Source: Entomortierella parvispora E1425
Taxonomy: Eukaryota > Fungi > Mortierellomycota
Length of the DNA stretch: 64,000 bases
Assembly (NCBI GenBank): GCA_020891255.1
Contig: BQFW01000002.1
Location: 2,790,001-2,854,000, forward strand
Direction: 5' to 3'
The translations under genes and the position numbers were made by a program. This document shows positions 23,780 to 36,146 of this stretch, in pieces. How positions within the stretch are numbered: the first letter of the stretch is position 1; the number at the start of each line of letters is the position of its first letter. Below the pieces are notes generated by a model. The model did not search any database, was not told where the DNA came from, and saw nothing but the letters and a program-made list of their open reading frames with translations.

Positions 23780-25749
23780 CTATTTGGAAGATACGGAGGC
23801 AGTTGGTCCAATGTTCATGTTGGTGCCCTCCATGCCGTCCTCTGAAAAGTGCTGGACCTTGATCACCTCGTGCTGGTAGTGTTTGCCCTCAACGTGACAA
23901 TTGTCCTTGCAGGAATAAACCAGAAGGGTTCCGAAATCAAGAGCATCTGACGCAGAGTGATCGATGGCGAGGTAGTTGAGGAGCTGGGGCATGACCTAGT
24001 ATAAGAAAAACCAGCGTGTACCTGATTAGCGGTGTTGCTGATTTGACGGTCATTCAATGCCAAAACGAGCCGTGTCTTTACCTGGAACTCGAAAGACCTC
24101 TCCTGTCCACAGTCTGGGCAAGGGGGGATCTCGCTAGTCTTGGGAATGCCAATGTCGCTCACGTAGAGTGGCTCTGGGGTGACATCGTACTCCATGCGAG
24201 CGTATCTACGTACAAAACAGAGTATAGGTTAGGTTCCAGAGCCGAGTCTACTATCAGGGATGGTAGGGTATAACCATTCGTCAACTCACCTCAAGACCTG
24301 ATCAGGATAGAGAGCGACGCGCTTCTGGAAGGTCAAGAAGGCGGCATCGATATCTGTCTTTGTGTTCTCGTAAAGCTCATCACCGACGGGAACCAAGGCA
24401 TTCATGGATGCTTCAGCGCTCTCGAGCGATTTGCTTACACCTGTTCCATTCTTCTTGGCCAAAGCGGCCGCTCTCTTTTCCTTCTTGGCCTTCAATGCGG
24501 CCGCCTTTTCCTCCCAGCCCTCTTCAGCCTCCTGCTCATCTCCGGAACTATCGTGGGCCAAGCCTTCATCCAAAGCCTCCTGATCGAATTCCTCAGGTTC
24601 GCTAATAATCTCCAGTTCTGGGAATCTGAACATGCGCTCAATCAGTTTAGAGTCGATGTCGAGCTTGTTGGCGTACTCCTGCTGCTCCTTGTTGAGGGTC
24701 TTTGTCTGGTCATCATGGCTGGCTATTGAGAGCTCGGCCAGGTTGGTATCCAAGTCCATGTTGTGAGAGGGTGGTGGGTTGGTTCCACAGAGCTGCTTGT
24801 GAAGACCCTTTGTCCAGTGAAGAGCCTGGTGTTCTGGGCTGCAGTATGAAAACTTGTGGCACTTGGAGCACACTTTTGGTCCATGCAATCCACAGACAAA
24901 GCACGTCTTGGCTATAAAACGAAATCCATGAAGCGACTGTGTGAGCTCAATGATACGTTGATCCAGATAGCATGACTACGAGTCATGAACATGTCCATAC
25001 CGCGCTTATTGCTCTCCAATGGCACCCATCCTTTGTTTTCCTCCTCGGCGTTGTCTTCTTTCTCAGAAACAGGGGGGTAGTAGGCATTATACTGTCCAAG
25101 TTGACTCCTGACGACCTTGAAGCTATATTAGTTGATCAACAGCATGTGGGGTTAGCAACTTGTGGTGCTAGGCGTGGGTTGATCCAGTCCAATTGAAAGT
25201 CGCTGCCTCCTCCGGTGTAACATACCACCCCTCGAGGGATTTTTTATGACAGGCTCCAGTCTTGCAGCAAAACACGTAGATCGCACGGTGGAACGCTTCC
25301 TCTGGGTGATCCTCTGGTGAGTAAAGCTATCAGAGTTGAAAAGGGCAATGCATTCAGTCATTGTTCCTGATCCTGGATCCCATCGTACAAGACTCTTTTT
25401 TTTTTTTGCCCTTTGTTGTTGCATCGAATCTCACTCACCTGCAGCAAAAATGTCATGGGCTTGGAGCACTGTTCGCAAATAACCTCCTTGGCGTCAAGAA
25501 TATGCTCTGGGTTTAACCAAAGCTAATCGAGTGAGTCGAAACATGCAAACGGGTCGTTAGCACTGGATAAAAAGAGGGGCCAGAGCAAGCCAACAAGTGA
25601 AAAAAAGAAGCTTTGTTCTTTACAGGCAAACCACCAATCTTTGAAACGAATTGCTCGGCGAGCAATGGACCATGTTCCTCCAGATCCACTGGCTCTGCGA
25701 ATCCGAGCATGACCTCGGGAGCGTCTTCTTGATGGTCATTGTCCGCCAT
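23780..25749 (-). CDS. PDCD2: Programmed cell death protein 2 (PDCD2/Tsr4 family, ribosomal protein chaperone) with a MYND zinc finger
   Basis: VMLGFAEP...SKIGGLP|[19 protein letters not shown] finger [27 protein letters not shown]...[33 protein letters not shown] and MPQLL...[10 protein letters not shown]. Multi-exon. Confidence 0.92.
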
Positions 25750-26085
25750 TGTGACTATGTTTGAAGGGAATGCAAAGTGTCAAAGAAAGGAACTGAGAGC
25801 ATGCATGCAAACAGCTTTTTTCTTTTTTTTTGTCCCTCCCTCCACAACCAAAAACATAAAAAAATGTCACGTGCAAAAACGGTCACACAATTTTTCTGAC
25901 GCTCGTCGTGGCACTTCAAAAAGAAGGCATGCATGCATGCGTTTCAACCTGCTTCCTTTCCTTCTCGACAATTTCATCTCTTTCTGCATTTGACTCGGCG
26001 TTCATTCTGCAACCTGGTACATCTATCTACCCATACCCCCTACTCAAAAACACGGCCTTAATAGACAACTTATATACACAGCATC

Positions 26086-27286
26086 ATGGAAGACCCATTC
26101 ATCCTCATCAAAAAGTAACGACTCGTCTCCATTCTCAGCTTTCAAGTGCCGCTTCCACCGCCCCAGCTTGGCTTTTTTTTACGCCCAAAGTTCTCATTGC
26201 TCAACTTTTGCCCTTTCTTTTGCTTACTCAAATTCGCCCTCCATTAGTGATGTACTATCCTCCCTCAGTAATGCCTCAACGCTCTTCGAGAGTTGGAAGC
26301 GTATCCTCCAAACTGTGACCTCAGCCGAGAACGAAGAGTTGATAAAGACAAAAGAAGAACTCTTGCAGATCCTTTCCAACGTGGAGCAAGACCTCGAAGA
26401 TCTCGACGATGCCGTCCGAGCCGTGATTGAAAATCCTCAGAGGTTCAACCTGACAACACGAGAATCCAATGCGCGAAAACAATTTGTGGATCAGACAAGG
26501 CGCAAAGTGCAGGTACCAAAATGAAATGAAAAAATAGGAGCAGGCTAAAAAAAAAAAAAAGATCGAGGCCCCAAAGAAACAAAGGATATTGTTCAAAAAT
26601 GTTGACCCGAGATTTTTTTTGGAATTGGTAGGACATGAAATCAACGTTGGAAAAGCCCGTCAAAATCGGAAACGCACAACTGGATCGACTGGCACTATTG
26701 GAGGACGTTGGAAGTTCAAGTCCAAGGGGTTACCAAAAACCGAGCAGACGGGAGAACATGATGTACAGTAATGCGAAATTTGTCGAGCAGGAAGCCCAAC
26801 AGCAGCAGGTAATGACCCGTCATATATCTTCTTGCCGACTATTTCTATTCTACTCTTTTTTCAGGTACTAATATCAATCTAATATTACCGGAAATAACAA
26901 CGAGTAGATATTGATGCAAGAGCAGGATCAGCAACTGGATGGCGTTATGCACACGGTGTTGAATATGCGAGAGATTGCCACGACCATGAACACCGAATTG
27001 CAGGACCAGTCTCTGTTGTTGGACGATCTGGACGAACATGTGGATCGGACGGCAGGAGGTCTCCAAAAAGCCATGAAGCGGATGAACCGCTTTATTAAGG
27101 ACAACGAAGGTGAGGATATGTGGCGTGTTAGGGCTTCACTGTTATCAAGGAGGTGGAGCAATTGAGGCAGAATATATCTGAAGACTAACATCTTGTATGT
27201 TTTGAATAGAATCAAAATCGAGCTGCTGCATTGGAATCCTTATAATCATCTTGATCGTCCTGTTGATCCTGGTCGTTGTCATGTAA
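26086..27286 (+). CDS. TLG1: Syntaxin-6/Tlg1-type Qc-SNARE
   Basis: MEDPF N-terminus, Habc region (LEDLDDAVRAVIENPQRFNL), SNARE motif MQEQDQQLDGVMHTVLNMREIATTMNTELQDQSLLLDDLDEHVD and a C-terminal TM (SSCCIGILIIILIVLLILVVVM). Four introns. Confidence 0.9.
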
Positions 27287-27392
27287 AATAGAAGGCCAGC
27301 CTGAACCACTTCAATAATAATACCCGCCTCAGGAAGCACCACCATTAACGAGTTGTTTGATTATTATTATTATTATTTTTTTTCACCTTGGC

Positions 27393-28370
27393 CTACATTG
27401 ACGTTTCATGAGGGGTATTCGGCAGTGGATTGTGTTCTAAGTGCAGTTGTGGGTTTCGCTCTAGAGTAGTCAAGTCACTCTCTTGGCTATCCACTATTGC
27501 GTCCACTATTGAAATTGGTGGTGCGGACGCCACGTGGATACGAGTAGACGACGCTGGTTCATTGGGGAGAAGGTCTGCAGATTCCTCAATCTTGTAGGAT
27601 GATTCTTGGAAAATGTCTTCGACCTTGCCCTCTTTGTCAGTCTCTTCGTCCACTTTGTTCCCAGACTCTGACTGGTTCTGAACCTCGATACCTGCTTGCT
27701 CCGTATCGCTACCTTCGTCACCAGGGGCCCGGTGCTGCTGATCGAGATAGCGCTGGTATTCCTGTTGCAGTTGCCGTTGATGCATTTCAAAGAGCAATTG
27801 CTGACTGTATACCACAACCTCTGGGTCGACAGCATCCGGTCGAACGAGTTCAATGGCCGGTTCCAACGTGGTCCTGCCCTCTTCATCCTCACTCGCATCG
27901 AAATCTAGGGTGGAATCATTCTCGACTCTTTTTTCGCGCCTGTCCTGCTGTTTCAACAATTGTCTTTGTTGCTGACCCAGACGTCGACTGATGATCAATT
28001 CTACAGTGACCAGAACGATTTGAAAACAATCCAGGGCCGCAAAGATTCTCTTGGAGGTGTACGGACTCTTGGATCCGACGATGGCGTTCATCATCCAGAG
28101 GGCGATCAATAACAGGTTGCCAAAGAGCCTCAAACGTCTTTTCCAAGGTTTGGAAGAGGAAGCGATCAGTAACGGGTTGGCTCTGCCAAAGAGACTGTAG
28201 ACAAAGATGAGGATGCTGAAAATCTCGGGGAATAGTGAGAAGGGTATAAGGCTGTAGTGGCCATCGTAACTGGGGAGGGTGCTGAGGGTAATGTCGGCAA
28301 TGAGCAGAATGACAGAGACGAAGACGATAAGGTACCACAGCCGCTTGAGTTGAAGAAGGGCTAGAATCAT
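27393..28370 (-). CDS. Uncharacterised protein with about 4 N-terminal TM helices and an acidic/Gln-rich disordered tail
   Basis: 325-aa single-exon ORF with four hydrophobic segments in the first 130 aa, then Q/E-rich low complexity. Confidence 0.7.
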   Translation of the reverse strand: MILALLQLKRLWYLIVFVSVILLIADITLSTLPSYDGHYSLIPFSLFPEIFSILIFVYSLFGRANPLLIASSSKPWKRRLRLFGNLLLIALWMMNAIVGSKSPYTSKRIFAALDCFQIVLVTVELIISRRLGQQQRQLLKQQDRREKRVENDSTLDFDASEDEEGRTTLEPAIELVRPDAVDPEVVVYSQQLLFEMHQRQLQQEYQRYLDQQHRAPGDEGSDTEQAGIEVQNQSESGNKVDEETDKEGKVEDIFQESSYKIEESADLLPNEPASSTRIHVASAPPISIVDAIVDSQESDLTTLERNPQLHLEHNPLPNTPHETSM

Positions 28371-28789
28371 GGTGCGTATTTTTCAATGACCCCGTTGTGG
28401 TGGATGGTGAAGTTGGGGTGGATGAGAGAACGGGGACAGAAGATTGCATGGATGCATTGGAAGTGCAGCAAGAGTTTAGGTTCATGAGCAATGGGTTGCT
28501 CCATGGAGGGTTGCAGTTGCATTGGCAGGCAGTTGGAGCAAAGGGGACTGAGAGCGGCGCGTTTGTGGCCGTCCAATCAACGCGACTCGACTGCGGACAA
28601 ACCGACTGATTTCTCGGGGTGGGGGGATCAGCGCGCAGCGCACAGCGCATATTGCGAACAAGCTCGTGATGGTCGGTCACTCTTCATCTCTTGCTGATGG
28701 CATGGATCAGGTCATCGGGCCCCCTCTCTTTCCTCTTTATTCTTCTCTCTTTTCTCTCTCCTTTACTGCAGAGTATCTGTCAAGACTCC

Positions 28790-30484
28790 ATGTCAGACAC
28801 GCCTGCCCATCCCGCGGCAACCGAGCCAGAGACAGCCGGCGCCGGCGACGAGGACCAGTCTATGCCCCTCATCTCACTGGAATCATATCCCGCATGGGGG
28901 GAGCCCAAGGCGTCTACTCAATCCGTTGGGCACTCTTTTGCTCAAGGGTATCTCCAAGGAACCAGCAGCGACAATTTGCAACAACCTCTGCAGCCCATGG
29001 ACATGGACATCGACTTTACGAGCATATCTTTGCCCTATTCCAACAGCATCCAAGTCTGCAACGAGTGGCACCAATCCTCTGAGTGCCGAGAAGGATTAGC
29101 GGCCCCTTTGACCCCGACCCCCGCTTTTCCCCATCCTGTTCCTTCCCCTCCTCCAAACTCGACTCTGGATACAACTGGAACCAGCCCTGATATCAAAAGT
29201 CAACAATCACCCAGGAGCGTGATCGTGACTTCTGGTATGTCCTACAGGAACGCGCTCGTCAATGGAACAAAGGAATGTCGGGCCGCTGCACTCCAGGCAA
29301 AGGTCCGTCGTATCGTAGATTCGCCGACGCCGCCAACGTGGGAGAGCATGGACTCCCACCCTGCCAAGAAGCACATTCAGCCTGTGGCTCCTCCAGATTT
29401 TGCTGTGGAGCTGCTATTACAAAGCAAAGATTTTCCTGGTGGGTGGAGTCAATCCATGAACGAGACGTCCTTGCTCAGCTCCAAGGCTCGTAAGGATCCC
29501 TCGACCCCACTCAAGGGAGAGCAGCCACACCTAATCGCACGCATGACAGACGACTCCAACGTATCTGACAGCAAGGACACTGCTGCCTCACCGCCCACAC
29601 AGACGCAGACTGCCACAAGTGAGCACATGGGCGACAGGATCTTGGGAAGACATAAACACTCACCCCAGCAGCCACCTGTGGCCGATCCGAAACGACTCAA
29701 GCCAAACAAAAGCCGCCAGACAACCTCAGAGCCACCCGGTATTGAACTTGACCTGGTCAAACAGATCGTTTCCCTCGAGGTATTTGCTTATCTTGTCATC
29801 AGGCGCATTGGCCAGACCCTTCGAGTTGTTTTCCAATCTCTGATTTATGTCTCGACCTCATTCTTCAAGGACCTTCAGTACGATGAAACGTTTGATGAGG
29901 ACATCCGCCTAAGCGAACCAGACAATCCACCCTCGTTTCCAAACAAAGTTCCCCATGGACCATGGCAGAGGACCTTCAAGGCAGACGAGTTTCGAAACAA
30001 TCTCAAGAGGTCCTCTTCGTCCCAGCACTATCGCAGTCGCCATTCTGTCAAATCTGAAGTGTCGGATACAGACTTGAGAGATCTTCCCATGGCGCCGTGG
30101 TGTGGCACAGACTTGGTCAGCCATCCATCGGAATGGCATCGTCAGCCGACTCAGGCTCGAAAAGGTGATGAACGACATGGACCCGTGATGAACATGTCCA
30201 AACATGAACAGTGGCTGAGCACCCGTCGAGTACCACGTCTTCGGAAAAAGGTCAAACGAGAGGATCCGGCTCTCATGGGAGAGGAAACGACCTGGACGAT
30301 CAAGTGGACGGGTGTCCTCCCAGAACGGTCCACGGCCGCCCGATTGACCTGCCTCAAGGAGATGCGCGGTGGCCAAGATATGTGGTCGCCTCCAACGCGA
30401 CCCGAGTTCAGAAGGTTTTCAGAGTTCCCTCCCAGTTCGGATAATCAATCCGATCTCACGATCTTTCTATGCACTCTCTGCTGA
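28790..30484 (+). CDS. Uncharacterised, largely disordered Ser/Pro/Thr-rich protein
   Basis: Open frame of about 560 codons from ATG 28790 (MSDTPAHPAA); no recognisable domain; possible stop-free intron 29780-29869. Confidence 0.6.
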   Translation: MSDTPAHPAATEPETAGAGDEDQSMPLISLESYPAWGEPKASTQSVGHSFAQGYLQGTSSDNLQQPLQPMDMDIDFTSISLPYSNSIQVCNEWHQSSECREGLAAPLTPTPAFPHPVPSPPPNSTLDTTGTSPDIKSQQSPRSVIVTSGMSYRNALVNGTKECRAAALQAKVRRIVDSPTPPTWESMDSHPAKKHIQPVAPPDFAVELLLQSKDFPGGWSQSMNETSLLSSKARKDPSTPLKGEQPHLIARMTDDSNVSDSKDTAASPPTQTQTATSEHMGDRILGRHKHSPQQPPVADPKRLKPNKSRQTTSEPPGIELDLVKQIVSLEVFAYLVIRRIGQTLRVVFQSLIYVSTSFFKDLQYDETFDEDIRLSEPDNPPSFPNKVPHGPWQRTFKADEFRNNLKRSSSSQHYRSRHSVKSEVSDTDLRDLPMAPWCGTDLVSHPSEWHRQPTQARKGDERHGPVMNMSKHEQWLSTRRVPRLRKKVKREDPALMGEETTWTIKWTGVLPERSTAARLTCLKEMRGGQDMWSPPTRPEFRRFSEFPPSSDNQSDLTIFLCTLC

Positions 30485-30651
30485 TCATCATGGCTGAACA
30501 ATAACCAGCATTCTTGCACTCGAGATTGAATTCCTAGAGTTTGAAAACAGGGTGCAAAAATTGAACGGATGTTTGACCTCTTGTTTTTTTTGACCGTGAA
30601 CTCGACAGGATTCTGAAAATGTTGGGTTTATTTTGATATGAAAAAACATAA

Positions 30652-33600
30652 TTAAATGCTTCCAACCTCCACCTGTTCTGAGAAGCTAGGCTCTTGAGAA
30701 GGTGGAAGGGGTGTGGAAGGGAAAGGCGCCAGGGCTCGTCGGGCCGTGTAGATTCGGAGCGCCAAATGAAGACAGCTTCTGTCCACGGCCACGACCTCCC
30801 ATGCAAACTCGATTCCATACATGAGATGAATGCCCTTGACGATCCTCTGGGCAATAGTTTGGTTGATCATGATGAACTTTTCATCCACAGTGCAGGGCAT
30901 GGTTTCTTCGTCCATGTTGTAACATCTCTGCACATAGGCCAGCAGTGACCGAGAGATGGAATCGACAGAGACCACCTTTGATTCTTCAAAGCTCTCCACT
31001 ACAAATCAAATAGCAAGATAGTTGGGTGTTAGAGGCGAGTCCTTGTTGCCGTAGCAAGTTAGAGTAACAAGGATCATCCAGACCATTGCGAACACTTACA
31101 GGCAATCTCAAAAGGCGATGTGTAAGCCATGACATTGTATCGATCATGATGGTGGTACCGGAACTCGAATGTTCCCACAAACCAGGGCAACTTATCCCCC
31201 AAGAACGTCACTTCACCCTGGCACAACTCCACGTCGCCGATCCAAACCACTTCTTCCTCCTTGACTTCTCCATCTCCTTTGCCGGCATGGTTCTCAACTC
31301 CCTCCAATGCCTCTCCCAGTCCAAGATCCTTTCCTACAAAGAGATAGCGACCCTTGGATCCCACGTTCGTGACCTTGTGAGAGTTGTTGCCAGACACTTT
31401 ATAAATACCGATCCAATCCTTGGTACCATGGTTTAATGGAGCAGTCCACTTCACCGTCAGTTTTTCGCCCAATTTGAATGTCGGGAGACCCTTCTCGTTC
31501 AGCTCTGGCGCCTTTCCATCCGTGACAACCTCGAGAGAGTACTGCGACAGGTCATAAACATCCATATGATCCCAAACGCGTCTAATGATTCATTTCAAAA
31601 CATTTCAAAAAGAAAAAAAAAAATCGCCAGTTAGTTGTGACGGAATAAACGAGGCACTTGGACATGACAGCGAGAATGAAATCAAACATACGCCACAAAG
31701 AGTTTCTCTCTCGAGTTCTCCAACATCATCTTTGAGTTGTTCACCATCTCTTGAATACGTGGCGCCACGCTTTGGACCAGTTCTGTCGTGTTTTCCACAA
31801 ATCCCTGAGCCTTATCGGAAACAAATCGAGTCCGCTGAAGCACATCCTGGATCTCGGGGGTGTCCTCGATCTTTCCTCGGATCTTGTCCACCTCTTCCTT
31901 CATCTTCTTGGGCAAGATGGTCGCAGCCTTGACGGTCTTGACCACTCCGGCATCCTTCCGGACCTTGTCGCCATAGATCTTTCGCATGTGAGGAGACTCC
32001 ACGTAGTTCAAGAACAAAAAGTTGGATACTTGAGAAAACATGGCCAGGATAAAGATGGTCCAGCTGTTGCAGATCAAGGTCATACCCCAGAAGGCAGCGT
32101 GACCCATGACCTTTTCAGGGTTGTTGACGAATCTGCACATAAAAAAATGGCCGGGGATGAGTTTTCATTATTAGAGTAGAATAAACATCTGAAAAGGATC
32201 TGCCACTTACCTGTAAATGCCAGTGTAAAATAAACCACTGGACGATTCCTCAATAAAAAAATCGCCATAGAACCATCCAAAGTCACCAAGGACTTCAAAG
32301 ACCGAGACTGATGCCCAAATGTGCAGAGCAATCAGAGCCAGTCCAAGAACATGTCGGAGGAGAACTGTTCCATAGGTCCAATCGTCCGGGATCGAGTACA
32401 TCTTGAAGGCGGCCAAGAAAAAGGTGGCGTAGGTCATGCTGTTGGATAGGTTAAAAATGCTCTTCCAGCTCTGGAACGCATCCTGGACCGTGCCTCCATG
32501 CTTGATAAAGTGCTTGGTATAAAATTTGTTGACACTTTGTTGGCTCAAGACTGCTCCCAACACAAACGAGTGGAATAAGCGCCAGAGCAAAGCCTGCACC
32601 ACAATCATGCCAGTGATAAAGCCAGTTCCCATATTCGAGATCAGCAACGGCACCACGGTCGCGTAAAAGATGATGAGCGCCACAAAGATGTCTGTCGAGC
32701 GAAAGATGTCAAAGTTCTTGAAGACGATCAGATCCCGTCGGAAGTAAGTGCTGTACATATCCTTGGATCCACAAGGCGCCAGTGTGGCTGCGTGGTGCTC
32801 TGAAATGGGGCCGTTTTGTGTCGACAGGGATGTAGATGCAGATGAGGGGTTCAGTGACTTTTCGCTCAAAAGAGCCGTTCGCTTCTTGTGAACCAAGGGC
32901 GGGTTGTACGTCTTGTCAATGTCTAGAAAATAAGAGTATCGTCAGAGAGAGAGGTGAAAGTGATTTTGGTCAATTCAGGGTAGACACATTGGAGGAAGAG
33001 GAAATGAGCACAGAACAAGTACTTACGAGGGTTCTCAACTAGAGTCAAGAAGATAAATTGAGCCGCATGGGCAAAGAGCGAGACAAACAGCACCATGTAG
33101 GAAGCCATCATGAGTGAGATACCATAGTACCCAGCGTATCCTACAGAGTACATGGGGTGTGGCGCCATCTCAAAGACTCCGTCGAAAGTCAGGGACTGCT
33201 CAATGAGGAAGAAGAAATCGCCCCAGTCTAGACGACGGTGCGCGTCGTGGAGGAGATTGAAAGCCAAAATCGATTATTAACAAGATTTTTTTTCATTTCT
33301 CTAAAACGCGTTTTGATTTGAAAGCATGCATTACGCTTGCGCAATAAACGTCGTCGGCCAATCAACTTACACCAAGCAAAGTCCTTGACCACACGATGAG
33401 CGTCCAGCTTGACCCAGATGTTGAAAAAGACCAGAATAAACCCTCCGATCCAACGAAGCATGTTGCTGACGAATCCTGAGCCTTCTGGAATGGTCATCCA
33501 TGAAAGTGCAAAGCACACATAAGACGTAAAGTCGTTCATAAGAATCAGATCCACGAGCTGTCGATAGAGCAGCCAAGTGTTGAACTCGATTGGCACATTC

Positions 33601-34580
33601 TAATGAAAGAGGGTTGCATTAGATACACTTTTTGTGTCCAAAAAAAAGAGGGTCATTATTGGTAACGATGGGGATCTTACATCAAAGTCGTAATCGGCTT
33701 CCATCTTGCAAGACAGCTCGTCCTTCAACCAAGGGTACCAAGAGCCTCCACGTTTCTTGTCAAAGATGCCCTTCTCACGAGCCCAAGCGACCAATCCACG
33801 GCGTTCACTCTGAAGCTTCAAAAGATAGCCCAGTCCTGCATTGTACCCTGCTCTCCAACAGATGAACAGGAACAAGAACAACCACCGCTTCAACGTCGTC
33901 GGTAACGTGAGGAACATCATGATTTGGAATCCCATGACCGTCAGGGTGAGGATATCAAAGGCCGACTTTTTCTTGCTCATGTCAAAGATCTCGCTGACCA
34001 TGTCCTTTGTCACCGGGACGCGGAAGACTATGCAGGCATATCATAAAGAAAACCACAAAGAAGAAATAGAAGGATCGAAAAAGAATGTCAGCAGGGGCGG
34101 AGCAACTGCACAGCCAACATGCACGCCAATTCTCCCACGGCATGGCAGCACAGACAACAAGATAAAAAAATAATAAAAGCATTTGCCCCAACATCAAAGC
34201 AACAACAAACGGTTGCGACACAGACACAGACACAGACACCAACAGATCAGACATCCACTCAACTTACTGGTGCCATTAGGTGTCTTTCCGTAGGCAGTCT
34301 CTTCAGATTCCTTGACTAAACTCTTTTTCTGAGTGTCTGTCAAGCCCTCTCCAGCTGGGAAGCTGGTCATGCTGTCGTGGCTGGCGTTTCTCGTTCGGGG
34401 AGCGGAGGTGTCTGGGCCAGGCAGAGGGAGATGGGCGCTGTCATGTTGATCCACCGAGTCGACGGCCTGGTCGAGACGGGTAGCATCATGATGCTTGTTG
34501 GCACTGGAGGTGCCTTGGATGGCCAAACCCAACGGCGAGTCCTCTGTGCCCGCTTTGCGGTGGCGGAGGTCCGAGTCCAT
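30652..34580 (-). CDS. CHO2: Phosphatidylethanolamine N-methyltransferase Cho2/Pem1, multi-exon
   Basis: [103 protein letters not shown] and [15 protein letters not shown]. Confidence 0.95.
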
Positions 34581-34996
34581 GTTTTATCTTTTGTCGTAAA
34601 GATAGGAAAGATGAAAAGGCAGAAAAAGGGGGTAGCAAGAGATAAGAGAGAGAAAGAGAGCGAAGGTCAGTTGAATGACCCTTCCAGGTGGATGGAGTGT
34701 TGAATGGGGAGTTGAATGAGGAGAAGAAGAAGAAGAAAAGAAAAGAGAAAGGAAGCAGAGAGGCATGGTCGATCGTCCTGTTCAGCCCTCCCTCCACCCG
34801 CGTGAAAAAAAAGGCGCTGAAACACGACCACAGGACAGCAGTGCACCGCGTAGCAGCATATTCCTATTTTATTGCACAACACGGTGCGCAGATCAGACCG
34901 GTGGTGGCTTGGCTCTTTGCCCAATGCATGCATTCACTGCCATCTCCTTCCTCCCAAGCTTCTCATTCCCTCTCCGCACTTACTCATTCAGGAACA

Positions 34997-36082
34997 ATGG
35001 AAGACACAAGGACAGAACCCGTCCCAGCAGGACCTGCATCAGCAGATGTCAAAGAAGCTACCGTCATTGACCGTGAAAAGGTAGGATGCATCTACCTTGA
35101 AACATCCTGCATTTCACTGTGGTTATTCTTTCCTCCCAGCAACCGTGCTGATACCACGCACTCCTTGTCTTTTGATTCAACATAGCTTTGCCCCTTCCTC
35201 TTGAAGATGTATTATTGTCAAGGAGCGCATCATCGGTAAAGGAATAGGCTGCGTTCATGGATCTGGCGCCTGCTGTTTTTCTTTTTGTTTTTTGTCTTCA
35301 GAAAGATAGATGTCACGGAATAACACGATGCAACTAACGCCCTTTTGTTTCGTTTCATTCCTCCTAGTGTCGACATGTTCTCGCCCACCACGACCCCTCC
35401 ACAATCTTCAGAATTACGACTCTACACTTGGAAGAATGCCACCTTGGGCGAGATTGCCTCTTTGGTGAAACAGGCAGTACCGGACCAGGTCGATCGGGCA
35501 GGCCCCGGTGGCGAGATGGTTTTCAGACACATTTATCTGGACACTTCCCGTGGCATCTATGTCGGACGGGATGTCGGCATCATCTTTTTGGACAGACAGG
35601 ACAGAGCCCAGGGCGAATCCTCGACCGTTGACACCCTCACCACGGCCGCTTCGCCCATCTCGCTGGAAGGCGGTCTCTCCACAAAGGATCTTCGGAATCA
35701 AAGCTCACAACGGAATCACCCTCGTCAGACAGCCGCTGGATCTCCTTCTGTCGGCACCGCTATTTCACAACGTTCTGCTTCCACTGGAAAGACCCTCGAG
35801 GCTTTCAATTTTGTCATTGGAGACTATATCGACATTGCGTTCAAATCCAAGAAGGAAAAACAGCAATCTCATAACAGAGGTGGCGGTGGCGCCGGCTCGC
35901 CATACTCTAGAGATTTTGGCCCCGGTGGTCCTGGTGGTCCTGGTGGCCGCCGTCGTCGCGGTCATCAGGACCGTGGCGCCATGAGATCCGACGTGAGACG
36001 TCCTAATGGCCATGGACAGGGCCCATCAGGGCGTTTTGGCGGAGACGAGCCCAGCTGGAAATCTCGTGGCCGTGGACGTTAA
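34997..36082 (+). CDS. SAP18: Sin3-associated polypeptide SAP18 with a Gly/Arg-rich C-terminal tail, 3 exons
   Basis: IDREK|LCPFLLKMYY...HHR, ELRLYTWKNATLGEIASLV and KTLEAFNFVIGDYIDIAF. Confidence 0.9.
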
Positions 36083-36146
36083 GCCCTCTAGAAAATATCC
36101 TCTTTCCTTGAAATAATAATAAAAAATCGGTAGACTGGGATGTTTA

